From NCBI GenBank assembly GCA_009698575.1, contig WLPX01000004.1, forward strand, positions 16,160-80,159: a stretch of DNA of 64,000 nt. Direction: 5' to 3'. The translations under genes were made by a program, and so were the position numbers. The notes below the pieces were generated by a model. The model had not been told where the DNA came from, did no database searches, and saw nothing but the letters and a program-made list of their open reading frames with translations. Positions within the stretch are counted from its first letter, which is position 1; each line of letters begins with the position of its first letter. The stretch comes from Actinomycetota bacterium. Lineage in GTDB: Bacteria > Actinomycetota > Actinomycetes > S36-B12 > UBA5976. This document shows, piece by piece, positions 29,747 through 39,348 of the stretch.

Positions 29747-30797
29747 AATTCCGGTATCGAGCAAGTTGGGTTCGTACACAATAAATATAAATAGCAGCAT
29801 CGATCCGATTACTGTACCTGGCATCGCGATCGTGGATTCGAATACTAGATCGCACTTAGTTGCTCAAGACTCAGCAAAGCTCATCATCATTGAAGCGTCG
29901 GAGGAAGTTAAAACCCTGCCTTCGTGCGAATCCGTAATTATCAAACTTAATGATTTGGGGCTGAAGCGAAGCGATTCGATCAGCGCAATCGGTGGTGGCA
30001 CAACTCAAGATCTGGCAACACTGACTGCCAGCCTTTACATGCGCGGTGTCTCATGGACCTACTATCCAACAACACTGATGTCTATGACTGACTCATGCAT
30101 CGGCGGCAAATCAGCAATCAATGCTGGCGATCGAAAGAATCTGATTGGAAACTTCTACCCACCTAATGAAATCCAAATCAACACGAGATTCCTGGAAACA
30201 AACTCAAACATAGATATTGTTAATGGGTTGTCTGAGGCAGTAAAGATTTGCTTTGCTCGAGGTGCGAACGCGTTTGAAAAGTACATCGCCTTGCCCTCAT
30301 CTCTAAAGCCAGGCAACGATAAGAACACAGCCGAATTGATTAATCACACGTTGAGCACGAAAAAGTGGTTTGTCGAAATTGATGAATTTGATTTAAAGGA
30401 ACGACAACTACTTAACTTTGGGCATTCTTTTGCTCATGCACTCGAGTCAGCGACTAATTATTCAATTCCGCATGGAACAGCCGTAGGAATCGGCATGATT
30501 GCGGCACTACGTCATCCAGAATCAAGCAGTTCTGGCAGGTCCAAGGTGTTGATTGACTATTCATTAAAGATGCTCGACCTAACTAAGGAATCTATATCAG
30601 ACGGCATGAAGCATTTTGATGACACAAAATTCGTTACTGCTCTTGATCGAGATAAAAAAAATTCCCAAGAATACTTACGTTTAGTTTTACTCAACAGAAA
30701 TGATGAGTTGGAACTAATCTCGTTAGAGCGAAATGATTACCAACTTCAAATAGCACTTTCATCCTTAAAAGAAGCAATTAGTGAGGTCCTGCTGTGA
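29739..30797 (+). CDS. 3-dehydroquinate synthase-like / sugar-phosphate cyclase family protein
   Basis: IGGGTTQD, PTTLMSMTDSCIGGK, KNLIGNFYPP, SEAVK, LNFGHSFAHALE, HGTAV metal ligands. Confidence 0.85.
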   Translation: MFEIPVSSKLGSYTININSSIDPITVPGIAIVDSNTRSHLVAQDSAKLIIIEASEEVKTLPSCESVIIKLNDLGLKRSDSISAIGGGTTQDLATLTASLYMRGVSWTYYPTTLMSMTDSCIGGKSAINAGDRKNLIGNFYPPNEIQINTRFLETNSNIDIVNGLSEAVKICFARGANAFEKYIALPSSLKPGNDKNTAELINHTLSTKKWFVEIDEFDLKERQLLNFGHSFAHALESATNYSIPHGTAVGIGMIAALRHPESSSSGRSKVLIDYSLKMLDLTKESISDGMKHFDDTKFVTALDRDKKNSQEYLRLVLLNRNDELELISLERNDYQLQIALSSLKEAISEVLL

Positions 30798-32560
30798 AAT
30801 ATTCAGATCAATTAGTTCAATGGCTTAAAAGCGAAGGTTTCACTCACTGCTTTTTTGTAGCAGGTGGAAACATTATGCACTTGCTCAACTCCGTTCGTAA
30901 TGAAATGACATGCATACCCTTTGTTAATGAAGTTGGTGCAGCAATCGCAGTTGAGTCCTTTAATGAGACTTCAAATTCTAAGAATGAAAAAGCGTTCGTG
31001 CTTGTCACTGCTGGACCTGGATTAACTAATGCAATTACTGGAATATCAGGAGCATGGCTAGAAAGTCGGGAACTCCTTGTAATTGGTGGCCAGGTCAAAA
31101 GTTCAGACCTGAAGGAAAAAGAAATGCGACAACGAGGAATTCAAGAAATTGACGGAGTTGAACTTGTTTCCACAATTACTAAGGATGCAATTCGAATAAC
31201 TAAACCAATTTCACGGGAACTATTCTTGTCCACGGTAAAAAAGGGAAGCACTGGCAGGAAGGGTCCTGTGTTCATTGAAATCTGTCTCGATGCCCAAGCC
31301 AATCCACCTCTGGATGAGGTCTCACCTAATCAAGAAGAGAACTCAACCTCTAAGGCCGCGCAGATCTTGGATGACAAGACCTTGGACTTGATAAAGAACT
31401 CAAAGCGCCCAGTTTTACTCATCGGTGGAGGCGTGGGATTTGATTTTGCCCAGAACCACTCAGAAGACTTTAAAAATCTGGGAATTCCACTCATGACGAC
31501 CTGGAATGGTGCGGATCGAATTTCATCAATTAACCCTCTTTATTTTGGTCGTCCAAACACATGGGGTCAGCGCTCTGCCAACATTCTGATTCAGCAGTCA
31601 GATCTGGTCCTCGCAGTAGGTACCAGACTAGGTCTGCAGCAAACTGGATTTGCCTGGGAAGAATTTGTTCCAAACGGAAAAGTAATACAGATAGACATAG
31701 ATAAAAGCGAACTCGATAAAGGTCACCCAACAATTGAGCATGGAATAAACGTCGATGCAACAGAATTTCTAAAGGCTCTGTTTACAAGCGCAAATGACTT
31801 AGAGCTTGATTTCTCAACTTGGAAAGAATTTTGCAACGAAGTTAAAGGTGCGCTGCCACTTACTGATCCAGAAAACATAACTAGACCTGGATTCGTTGAT
31901 CCATATCTTTTCGGAATGGCAATCTCTGGAGTTGCAAATCCTGATGCCGTTATCGTGCCTTGTAGCAGTGGTAGTTCTTTCACAGTGTTGATGCAAACAC
32001 TCAGCCAATCAGGCTCCCAGCGAATAATCTCCAGCAAAGGTTTGGCAAGCATGGGGTATGGACTCAGTACCGCCATAGGTAGTGCATTCGCAAATCCTGG
32101 GAAACAGATCTTCTTGGTTGAAGGCGATGGCGGATTTGCCCAAAACCTCCAAGAGCTCGGTACCGTTGCAGCAAATAACCTGCCGATCAAAATCTTCATT
32201 TGGGCCAATAATGGCTATGCCTCAATTCGCATGACCCAAAGAAACTATTTTGACGGGGCTTGGGTCGGTTGCGATTCAGAAACAGGGCTTGGACTACCAG
32301 ATTTGGAATTGCTAGCAAAGACCTACGGGATTTCCTACCTTCGCATGACAGAAAACATTTTTAACGAACAGGGCATTGTCAATATATTGGCTGCGCCTGG
32401 GCCTGCAATCATAGAAGTTCCAATTGATCCAGAGCAAACATTTTATCCAAAAATCACTTCATCGGTTCAGCCTGACGGGTCTATGAAATCTAATCCATTA
32501 CACTTAATGAATCCGGAGTTGTCGAAAAAAATCGCAAAGCAAGTCTTTAAATACCTCTAG
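30794..32560 (+). CDS. Thiamine diphosphate-dependent enzyme (acetolactate synthase-like, YerE-type)
   Basis: NEVGAAIA (catalytic Glu), VTAGPGLTN, GRKGPVFIEI, LASMGYGL, EGDGG...NNGYASIR ThDP motif. Confidence 0.9.
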   Translation: MKYSDQLVQWLKSEGFTHCFFVAGGNIMHLLNSVRNEMTCIPFVNEVGAAIAVESFNETSNSKNEKAFVLVTAGPGLTNAITGISGAWLESRELLVIGGQVKSSDLKEKEMRQRGIQEIDGVELVSTITKDAIRITKPISRELFLSTVKKGSTGRKGPVFIEICLDAQANPPLDEVSPNQEENSTSKAAQILDDKTLDLIKNSKRPVLLIGGGVGFDFAQNHSEDFKNLGIPLMTTWNGADRISSINPLYFGRPNTWGQRSANILIQQSDLVLAVGTRLGLQQTGFAWEEFVPNGKVIQIDIDKSELDKGHPTIEHGINVDATEFLKALFTSANDLELDFSTWKEFCNEVKGALPLTDPENITRPGFVDPYLFGMAISGVANPDAVIVPCSSGSSFTVLMQTLSQSGSQRIISSKGLASMGYGLSTAIGSAFANPGKQIFLVEGDGGFAQNLQELGTVAANNLPIKIFIWANNGYASIRMTQRNYFDGAWVGCDSETGLGLPDLELLAKTYGISYLRMTENIFNEQGIVNILAAPGPAIIEVPIDPEQTFYPKITSSVQPDGSMKSNPLHLMNPELSKKIAKQVFKYL

Positions 32561-32575
32561 AAAACGGAGTACGAC

Positions 32576-33373
32576 ATGAATAAAACCGAACGCAAGATGT
32601 CAGAAATTCTTAAGCGCGGAAAAAATGAATTTGGTGTCGTTAGCATCAAGGCAGAATTTGAGGCTGAAGGTACTCGCGTAGATGAACTATTGCGTTTGGT
32701 TGATATTGCAAGATCAGCTGATTTGCCTATGACGGTAAAAATTGGTGGCTGTGAAGCTGTTCGAGATTTGCTTGAATCGAAGCAGATCGGCGTTAGATAT
32801 GTAGTAGCACCAATGGTTGAGACTCCGTACGCGCTGAGCAAATACATTCTTGCCAAGAACATGGTTTTCAATGAGGACGAATTAGAAGACAGCGACTTTT
32901 TATTTAATTTGGAAACAATAACTGGCTTTAACAACTTGGATGAACTAGTCACAGTTGCTCGCTCAGAAGGCGGAGTTCAAGGTGTGGTCTTTGGGCGCGT
33001 AGATTTCGCTGGTTCACTGGGTGAAAACCGAGACACAATCAATGAAGCAAAGATTACTGAATACGTTGCCAAGGCATCTGCTGCTGCCAAGGACGCATCG
33101 CTTGATTTCGTCATGGGTGGCGCGATTTCAAGTGACTCATTGCATGTGATTAAAGAAATCGCCGGAATTCACCTAACTAGGTTTGAAACCCGCAAAGTTG
33201 TTTTTAGTGGTGAAGCCGGAACTATCAAGAATATCGAACAAGGTCTGGTTAATGCCGTACACTTTGAATTACTGTGGCTTTTGAACAAGCGGGATTACTA
33301 CGGTCGCATCACCCAAGAAGATGCAAAGAGAATCGATATGCTTGAAGCTCGTTGGAATGTCCTCAGTAGCTGA
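32576..33373 (+). CDS. HpcH/HpaI aldolase / citrate lyase beta-like protein
   Basis: [40 protein letters not shown]. Confidence 0.75.
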   Translation: MNKTERKMSEILKRGKNEFGVVSIKAEFEAEGTRVDELLRLVDIARSADLPMTVKIGGCEAVRDLLESKQIGVRYVVAPMVETPYALSKYILAKNMVFNEDELEDSDFLFNLETITGFNNLDELVTVARSEGGVQGVVFGRVDFAGSLGENRDTINEAKITEYVAKASAAAKDASLDFVMGGAISSDSLHVIKEIAGIHLTRFETRKVVFSGEAGTIKNIEQGLVNAVHFELLWLLNKRDYYGRITQEDAKRIDMLEARWNVLSS

Positions 33374-34337
33374 AAACTCGAGACTTTTAGAGAATTTTCT
33401 TAAGCAGGCTCTGCCCAGCAACGTTCGCATCTTAGTTAATGGTGCGAACGGCTGGTTAGGTAAGAATATTTCCGAATCACTTTGGAATATGTTCGGTGGG
33501 GAATTTAGTTCACAAGTTTTGCTAACCGGCTCTAAGAATGGAATTCTGCAGTTGCAGAATGGTTCCGAGTTAGAGATCAATCGGTGGACCGAAGAACTTA
33601 TAGAGGAATTCAAACCAACCCATGTGATTCAGTTAGCGTTTAAGACACGTGACCATGTGGGTGAAATCTCCAATGACGAGTACGTCTCTCTAAACGAAGA
33701 AATCATTAACCGCGCCCTATGGACAATTTCGCTACCAAGCACGCAAGGATTTCTTCACACTTCCAGTGGAGCAGCACTTGGTGAAACTGCTTTTGACAAA
33801 CATATTGACCCATACGGATATCTCAAGAAATTCGAAGAATCCAGTTACTCAAGTGCTTGCAAGGATAACGGCAAACGTTATCTAGGTTTGCGGGTTTGGT
33901 CTACTACGGGTCGATACATCAAGTCAGGTGGCCTCTTTGCGATTGAAAGTCTAATCAGTCAGGCAATGTCTTCAGAAAACTTAAGCATTAATAGTCAAGG
34001 AGAAGTTTGGCGCAGCTATGCAGACGCCAATGAGATTCTGCTTGCTGGACTTATCGCACTTTTCACTGGTGAAACGGGTTTGTACAATTCCGGAGGAACT
34101 GACACAGAAATCGGTGAGCTGGCTGATCTTGTCTCCTCTTTGACACCCAGTCGCACGCCTGCAATAAATCGGATCAAAGATAGCGCAGCTACCGCAAGTA
34201 TTTATACCTCTATCGAACCCTCTATCGAACAGGTTCTGGCTTTACATGACTTGCGATATTCGGATTTACGGGCTCAGGTAATTAATACAATGCAATACTT
34301 GACATGGCTACATAGTCAATCAAATCCTCAGGACTAA
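33357..34337 (+). CDS. NAD-dependent epimerase/dehydratase/reductase (extended SDR)
   Basis: [20 protein letters not shown]; start at ATG 33357 is uncertain (track gives 33321). Confidence 0.75.
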   Translation: MSSVAENSRLLENFLKQALPSNVRILVNGANGWLGKNISESLWNMFGGEFSSQVLLTGSKNGILQLQNGSELEINRWTEELIEEFKPTHVIQLAFKTRDHVGEISNDEYVSLNEEIINRALWTISLPSTQGFLHTSSGAALGETAFDKHIDPYGYLKKFEESSYSSACKDNGKRYLGLRVWSTTGRYIKSGGLFAIESLISQAMSSENLSINSQGEVWRSYADANEILLAGLIALFTGETGLYNSGGTDTEIGELADLVSSLTPSRTPAINRIKDSAATASIYTSIEPSIEQVLALHDLRYSDLRAQVINTMQYLTWLHSQSNPQD

Positions 34338-34346
34338 GGGAGATAA

Positions 34347-34739
34347 GTGAAGCTTCTTAGAGCCGCTCCCCTCCAAGTCAGATACACAATTGTCGGACTC
34401 TGGAATACATTCGTGGGATTTGGACTGTTTACCATGTTTATCTACGTGCTACCTGTTTCGAGATATCTACTTGCCCTTATGTTGGCTACTGTCTTTGCAG
34501 GAATGAATGCTTACCTCACCCAAAGAATATACGTGTGGCAAAGCAGTGCAACGATTAAAAAGGAAGCGAGTAAGTTTTTCACAGTCTACATTACTCAATC
34601 TGTGGCAAATGTAATTTTGCTTTACTTGCTTGTTAACTACTTGAATTTAAATCCGCTCTGGACACAGTATGTAATCGCGACAGTGCTTATCGTCCTTACT
34701 TACCTCTCACACAAGTACTGGACATTTAAAGTTAGTTAG
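34347..34739 (+). CDS. GtrA-family flippase
   Basis: RYTIVGLWNT, four TM helices, NAYLTQRIYVW, TYLSHKYWTF. Confidence 0.88.
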   Translation: MKLLRAAPLQVRYTIVGLWNTFVGFGLFTMFIYVLPVSRYLLALMLATVFAGMNAYLTQRIYVWQSSATIKKEASKFFTVYITQSVANVILLYLLVNYLNLNPLWTQYVIATVLIVLTYLSHKYWTFKVS

Positions 34740-35451
34740 CTACAATCGCAAGAAGCAAGCACTGTACAGAAGATCCCACATATTTCAAGCGAAGTGCTGG
34801 ATCTACCAGAACATACTCATTTAATATTTTTCGCTCATCCTCATCAAATGCTTCATCGAAATACAAGAAATCACCCACCTGAAGATGATTTTTCATATAG
34901 TTCCAGGCAAATTCTGTTGGCTCGAATAAATCGAAGTCAAAGAATAATATAAGTTGCTGACCTGCTTTTCGTTCGAATACGAAAGTTGGAAGGGTTTCTT
35001 CAATGTTCCATTTGTAAAAGGTAACTCGTTCGTCATTCAAATCAGGTGCTTGGCCACCTGCATCAAAGTGACCTTCCTTCAGGGACCGCCAACTAGCAGG
35101 TAACCCAGTGAACCTATCAAATCCATGCCATTCGACTTTGGTTGACTTGTTTATCTACTTAATCCACCAATTGGTTGCGTACCCATGTGCAACACCAAAC
35201 TCAAGTACGGCGATTGACTTGCCTTGCAACCTATCGACCAGTGATTCCCAAACGCTCTCTCGCTGAACTTTTTGATGTAAGTTTTCTCCAAAATTCTGTT
35301 TCAACCAGGAACGATAATCCATAACGGTTACAGCATTTTGGGCTTTTCTCTTGATGCCCTCGATCTTTCCACCAAGTAGTCCAAACATCCACAAACCAAA
35401 CAAAATTACGAAACTGGCAGAAGGGTCTTTGAATCTTGTTTCTTGCGTCAT
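34732..35451 (-). pseudogene. TylF/MycF/NovP-type O-methyltransferase interrupted by one in-frame TAG (35155-35157)
   Basis: VLEFGVAHG..WWIK*INKSTKVEWHGFDRFTGLPASW...EETLP...FDFDLFEPT...LYFDE reads in a single frame across ORFs 35155..35475 and 34732..35040. Confidence 0.8.
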
Positions 35452-35479
35452 GCTGTTCACACTAACAAAATGCAATGCG

Positions 35480-35890
35480 TTATTTTGTTGATAAGAATGA
35501 TTTCAATTGCTCGGCACAGGTATCCGAAGGGCTATCTCCCCGATTAACCGCGACTTGCCAATCAACGGTCCACTTCAAAGATTCCTTGAAGCTCAACTTG
35601 TTGTGCCAATTAAGTTCTAGTTCAGCTTTGCGGGCATCTAGTGCCAATAGGTTTGCCACATCGCGAACATATACAAACGAGCTGGTTTCAGGGCAAAAGT
35701 TCCATTCGCCTTGCCCGTTGCCTTTAAGTAACGAGACAGATAGCTTCAAATAGCGATTCAGGCAGTCGAGGACGTGTTGCTACAGCCTAGCCGCTCCTGG
35801 GGGAAGCGCAGAACAGGAGCCTGGACAGGAAGGTAGGCATTTAGCAGGTTTGGGGAAGGCAATCTTTGCTGACATCACCGCCGCCCGTTA
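35480..35890 (-). pseudogene. Decayed 3' half of a second CDP-glucose 4,6-dehydratase (rfbG) gene
   Basis: GGGDVSKD / PNLLNAY..APVLRFPQ / *QHVLDCLNRYL / WNF.PETSSFVYV / LLALDA..WHNKLSFKESLKWTVDW align with intact RfbG; frameshifts, a TGG>TAG change at 35780-35782 and an internal deletion. Confidence 0.85.
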
Positions 35891-35958
35891 CAGAGAAACA
35901 GTCCTTGATGCCAAGGTAAGCAAGCCTTGCCGCTACGTAATCTGATAACTTCATTGCA

Positions 35959-37494
35959 TTAATTCCCGATGACTTGGATTTTGCGAAACTGCCCAATTAG
36001 AACTATCGATGAGGCCGCATAAAGCACACAAAACAGGATAGCTACTTCCCAATAATCAGGGACCCACTTGAGGTCCCACCATAACTTATTCTTAAAAAGT
36101 GGAAATCCGATTCCATACCTGCTGTAACTCCATAAAAGTGTGCTGAAGTGCATCAGCACTGTAACTCCAACTAAATTTCTAAAGTCAAGAACTGTGACAC
36201 GAATATTCTTCTTTAAGGTTACTGAATAGATTGCTCCAGCTAAAAAAGGTAGCGATACAAAGAGCGCTCCAGTGTACCTAGACTGAAATCCTGCGCCTCC
36301 AAGCAATCCGAGAGTCCGCGTTGAAAAGATAGGAATTAAGGCATAGGTGATAAACATAAAACCTACAATTGATATCTTGCTACATATATTTAAAATGCGC
36401 GCAAAGAAGTAAATCATTCCAAAGTAGATCGCAGCCCATGTAATAAGTACCCATAGCGGAGGCGTGTGATCGCGCCAACCAAGCCAGCCAAAATGTTCTA
36501 TGGTATACGAAGCGAAATTTGAAAGAATAGATCTAGCGGATGCTCCTAGAGATAGAACCTCTGATTCTGTACCTCTAAGTTCCAAAACATCGCGATACTT
36601 TGAATTTGAAATGTATCCGATCGCACCCGAAATCGAAATCACACTTACTAGCAAAGTGCTCTCAAGCTTTGAAATAAACTTACCTATAACTCTGGGCATT
36701 TTCGTTTCAACTAGAGACGAGCCAATAAGTGCAAACAATGGCATTCCAATAATCAAAACTACATAAAAATAAGACAGTGGCTTTGCGACACTTAGGCTTA
36801 GTGAAATAAAGAAAATCGCGATTAGCCTAATTTTCCATAAGTTGTTTCGTTTATCAAAAGAATCTCTATCAATGTGTAAGCCCGCCAAAAGACCCGCAAG
36901 TGAAAGTCCACATGCCATTTCAAATCCATTTGGATTTACGGCAGTTGTGAAAGTAGTAAACATGGGGGTGACCGCAACAATTGTGGCAATTGCTAGAAGT
37001 GCATAATTTTTTTTCGGCCAAAGTAAAACCATCAATCCAAACATGATTAGCGTCAAAAATGTAGAAACTAGTCTCATTCCATACATTGCATGCAAGCCAC
37101 TCATGAATCGCGAAGGCTGGCCCACGAAATAGAAATATGGCTCAGGATATCCGCTAATCATTGTATCCATTGAAGTCACAGTCGGTTTGTTAGAGGTCGA
37201 AAACCATCCCGATCTTCGTTGACAGTCGGCAGTTGCTTTCGGATTAAACGCCGTGCATGCAAGTGCAGGCGCATACTGTAGGTACTCTGGGATGCTAGCG
37301 TCTCCAAAGTTTTGCCCACTGGCGATTACATTGGCGTAAATTGCGTAAGCCGGTTCATCGGCAACACCTCCAATTGGAGTAGTGCTTGCCCACATTAAAT
37401 TAACAAAAGCTATAGTAGCGAATAGTGATGCCCGAAATTTTGTCTCATAGTTTTCTCGAAAGTAATCAAAACGACTTGCTTTACTGCTCATCAT
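35959..37494 (-). CDS. DUF2142-like polytopic membrane protein (probable GT-C glycosyltransferase)
   Basis: ADEPAY after the first TM, GYPEPYFY, MRLVS, TPM..AVNPNGFE, FGWLGWRD, QSRY; about 11-12 TM helices. Confidence 0.72.
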   Translation of the reverse strand: MMSSKASRFDYFRENYETKFRASLFATIAFVNLMWASTTPIGGVADEPAYAIYANVIASGQNFGDASIPEYLQYAPALACTAFNPKATADCQRRSGWFSTSNKPTVTSMDTMISGYPEPYFYFVGQPSRFMSGLHAMYGMRLVSTFLTLIMFGLMVLLWPKKNYALLAIATIVAVTPMFTTFTTAVNPNGFEMACGLSLAGLLAGLHIDRDSFDKRNNLWKIRLIAIFFISLSLSVAKPLSYFYVVLIIGMPLFALIGSSLVETKMPRVIGKFISKLESTLLVSVISISGAIGYISNSKYRDVLELRGTESEVLSLGASARSILSNFASYTIEHFGWLGWRDHTPPLWVLITWAAIYFGMIYFFARILNICSKISIVGFMFITYALIPIFSTRTLGLLGGAGFQSRYTGALFVSLPFLAGAIYSVTLKKNIRVTVLDFRNLVGVTVLMHFSTLLWSYSRYGIGFPLFKNKLWWDLKWVPDYWEVAILFCVLYAASSIVLIGQFRKIQVIGN

Positions 37495-37625
37495 CTTTGA
37501 TTCTCCGGTTTACTGCAGGTCTATTTCAAACTCGGCATGAGATTCCAGGCTTCAGACTTGAAACTTCACTTTCTTTATCAACAATTAATTAATTCTAACC
37601 GACATCATGGGAATTCTTATCACTA

Positions 37626-38207
37626 TTAACCTGAATATAAATGGTTAAAATCAAACTGAGATAGCTGCTCCGAAATCTCAAGTAGTAACGGCGCCACAGC
37701 ATCTTTAGTAGATAGCAGCGGGGTGATGCCGTTGGGCCAACTAATTCCAATTTCTGGATCCAACGGATTGATTTCTCTCTCATTGGATGGGTCGTAACGC
37801 TGATCGCACAAATAAACAACGGTTGAGTTATCTTCAAGGGCCATAAATGCGTGTCCAACACCATTAGGTATTGACATGGCCTTATGGTTTTCAGCGTTTA
37901 GGATTTCACCGTGCCACTTTCCGAAAGTTGGCGAACCGTTTCTTAAATCGACAATCACATCAAAAATTTCCCCAGTAAAGCAGCTTACGTACTTGCGCTG
38001 CCCCGGAGGATCATCGGCAAAATGAATTCCTCTCAAAGTGCCCTTGCTTGAAATTGAACAATTTGCCTGCGCAAGTGTGAAGCTATGTCCAGCCGCTTCC
38101 ACAAATGTTGAATCTTGAAACCACTCGAAAAATGTTCCGCGATCATCGGAGAATTGCTTTGGCGTGAAAACCCAGGTACCAGGTATATCTAATTGCGTGA
38201 CTGTCAT
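37626..38207 (-). CDS. rmlC: dTDP-4-dehydrorhamnose 3,5-epimerase
   Basis: DDRGTFFEWF, QANCSISSKGTLRGIH, VDLRNGSPTFGKW, GHAF, LSTKD. Confidence 0.95.
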   Translation of the reverse strand: MTVTQLDIPGTWVFTPKQFSDDRGTFFEWFQDSTFVEAAGHSFTLAQANCSISSKGTLRGIHFADDPPGQRKYVSCFTGEIFDVIVDLRNGSPTFGKWHGEILNAENHKAMSIPNGVGHAFMALEDNSTVVYLCDQRYDPSNEREINPLDPEIGISWPNGITPLLSTKDAVAPLLLEISEQLSQFDFNHLYSG

Positions 38208-38268
38208 TCTGCAACTTTACCTTTGTATTTCTTGGGCAGGTGTATTTGAGCAATGATAGCGTCGGGTT

Positions 38269-39345
38269 GTGAAACATTCCGTATCAATAATCCTTCCTTT
38301 TTATAACTCTGAAGAAACTCTTGGTGAGACGCTTCAATCGGTATTTGAAGAAATCACTAGGTCTCCGCAATTTAGTTGGGAGCTTATTGCGTTAGATGAC
38401 GGTTCATCGGATCGATCGGTTGCAATCGTTGAATCCTGGGTCTCAAAAATTTCTATCAATCTTCAAAAGTTGGACCATACGGGTACACCCGCAACTGCTA
38501 GAAATTTTGGTATTGATCTTTGCGAATCAGAATTTATGTTTTTTCTTGATGCTGATGACATATTGCTTCCGGGAGGACTGAGCTGCGCAATTCAATACGC
38601 AATAGACAATGAGTCAGACGTAGTCTTGCCACGATTAAAAAGCATCGGTGGTCGAGGAGTTCCTCGTGGAATGTATAAAAAATCAAATCCAGATGTGAAT
38701 TTTCTTAAGTCCCGAGTTTATTGGGCAATGAATCCGATGAAAGTTTTTAGAACCGCCTTTGTAAAAGCTAGCGGAATTAAATTTGATACTAGTTTGCGCA
38801 AAGATTCAGATCAGCCTTTTTCTTTGCGCGCGTATATTGCAGCTGAGAAGATTTCTGTCCTTGCGAATCCTCCTGTTGTTGGATACCGCTACACACCTTC
38901 GGGAAGCAACCTGACGTTGCGACCTTACCTTCCCACCTTTTGCTACGACTATTTAAATGTGATGATGAAAATTCTTGACGAGAGCGGTATCGATCAGGAA
39001 CACCTCTTCCCACTATTAATACGAAATTGGGAAATAGAAGTTGCTAGGGAATTCATTTGGAAGCGATTAGGAAAGCTGTCGGAAACTGAATGGTTGCCGG
39101 CATTGGAGTGGCTGCATCAATTCAGTAAAGATCGCTTAATTTCAAGCATGTTACCTGACACTTCGATTCGCTGGCGCGGCATCGTAGGCATGATTGGTGT
39201 TGCCAATTTCGCGGATTTGCAAAAGTTGCTAAAAGGGCGGCGACTTGTTCTCGAGAATTCCTCAAAGTCAAATAAGCTAGCGGGAATTGTATTGTCGAAC
39301 TGGATTCGGCTAAAGGCAACTATGTTCCTGCCAAAATCCCTTTAG
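38269..39345 (+). CDS. GT2 glycosyltransferase (TarS-like)
   Basis: ILPFYN, DDGSSD, TPATARNFG, FLDADD, GGRGVP, KDSDQPF. Confidence 0.82.
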   Translation: MKHSVSIILPFYNSEETLGETLQSVFEEITRSPQFSWELIALDDGSSDRSVAIVESWVSKISINLQKLDHTGTPATARNFGIDLCESEFMFFLDADDILLPGGLSCAIQYAIDNESDVVLPRLKSIGGRGVPRGMYKKSNPDVNFLKSRVYWAMNPMKVFRTAFVKASGIKFDTSLRKDSDQPFSLRAYIAAEKISVLANPPVVGYRYTPSGSNLTLRPYLPTFCYDYLNVMMKILDESGIDQEHLFPLLIRNWEIEVAREFIWKRLGKLSETEWLPALEWLHQFSKDRLISSMLPDTSIRWRGIVGMIGVANFADLQKLLKGRRLVLENSSKSNKLAGIVLSNWIRLKATMFLPKSL

Positions 39346-39348
39346 AAA

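Noticed and set aside
35155-35157. Programmed amber read-through or pyrrolysine in the methyltransferase
   Set aside because: No pyl genes in the window, other genes end normally at TAG, and the adjacent rfbG relic indicates decay.
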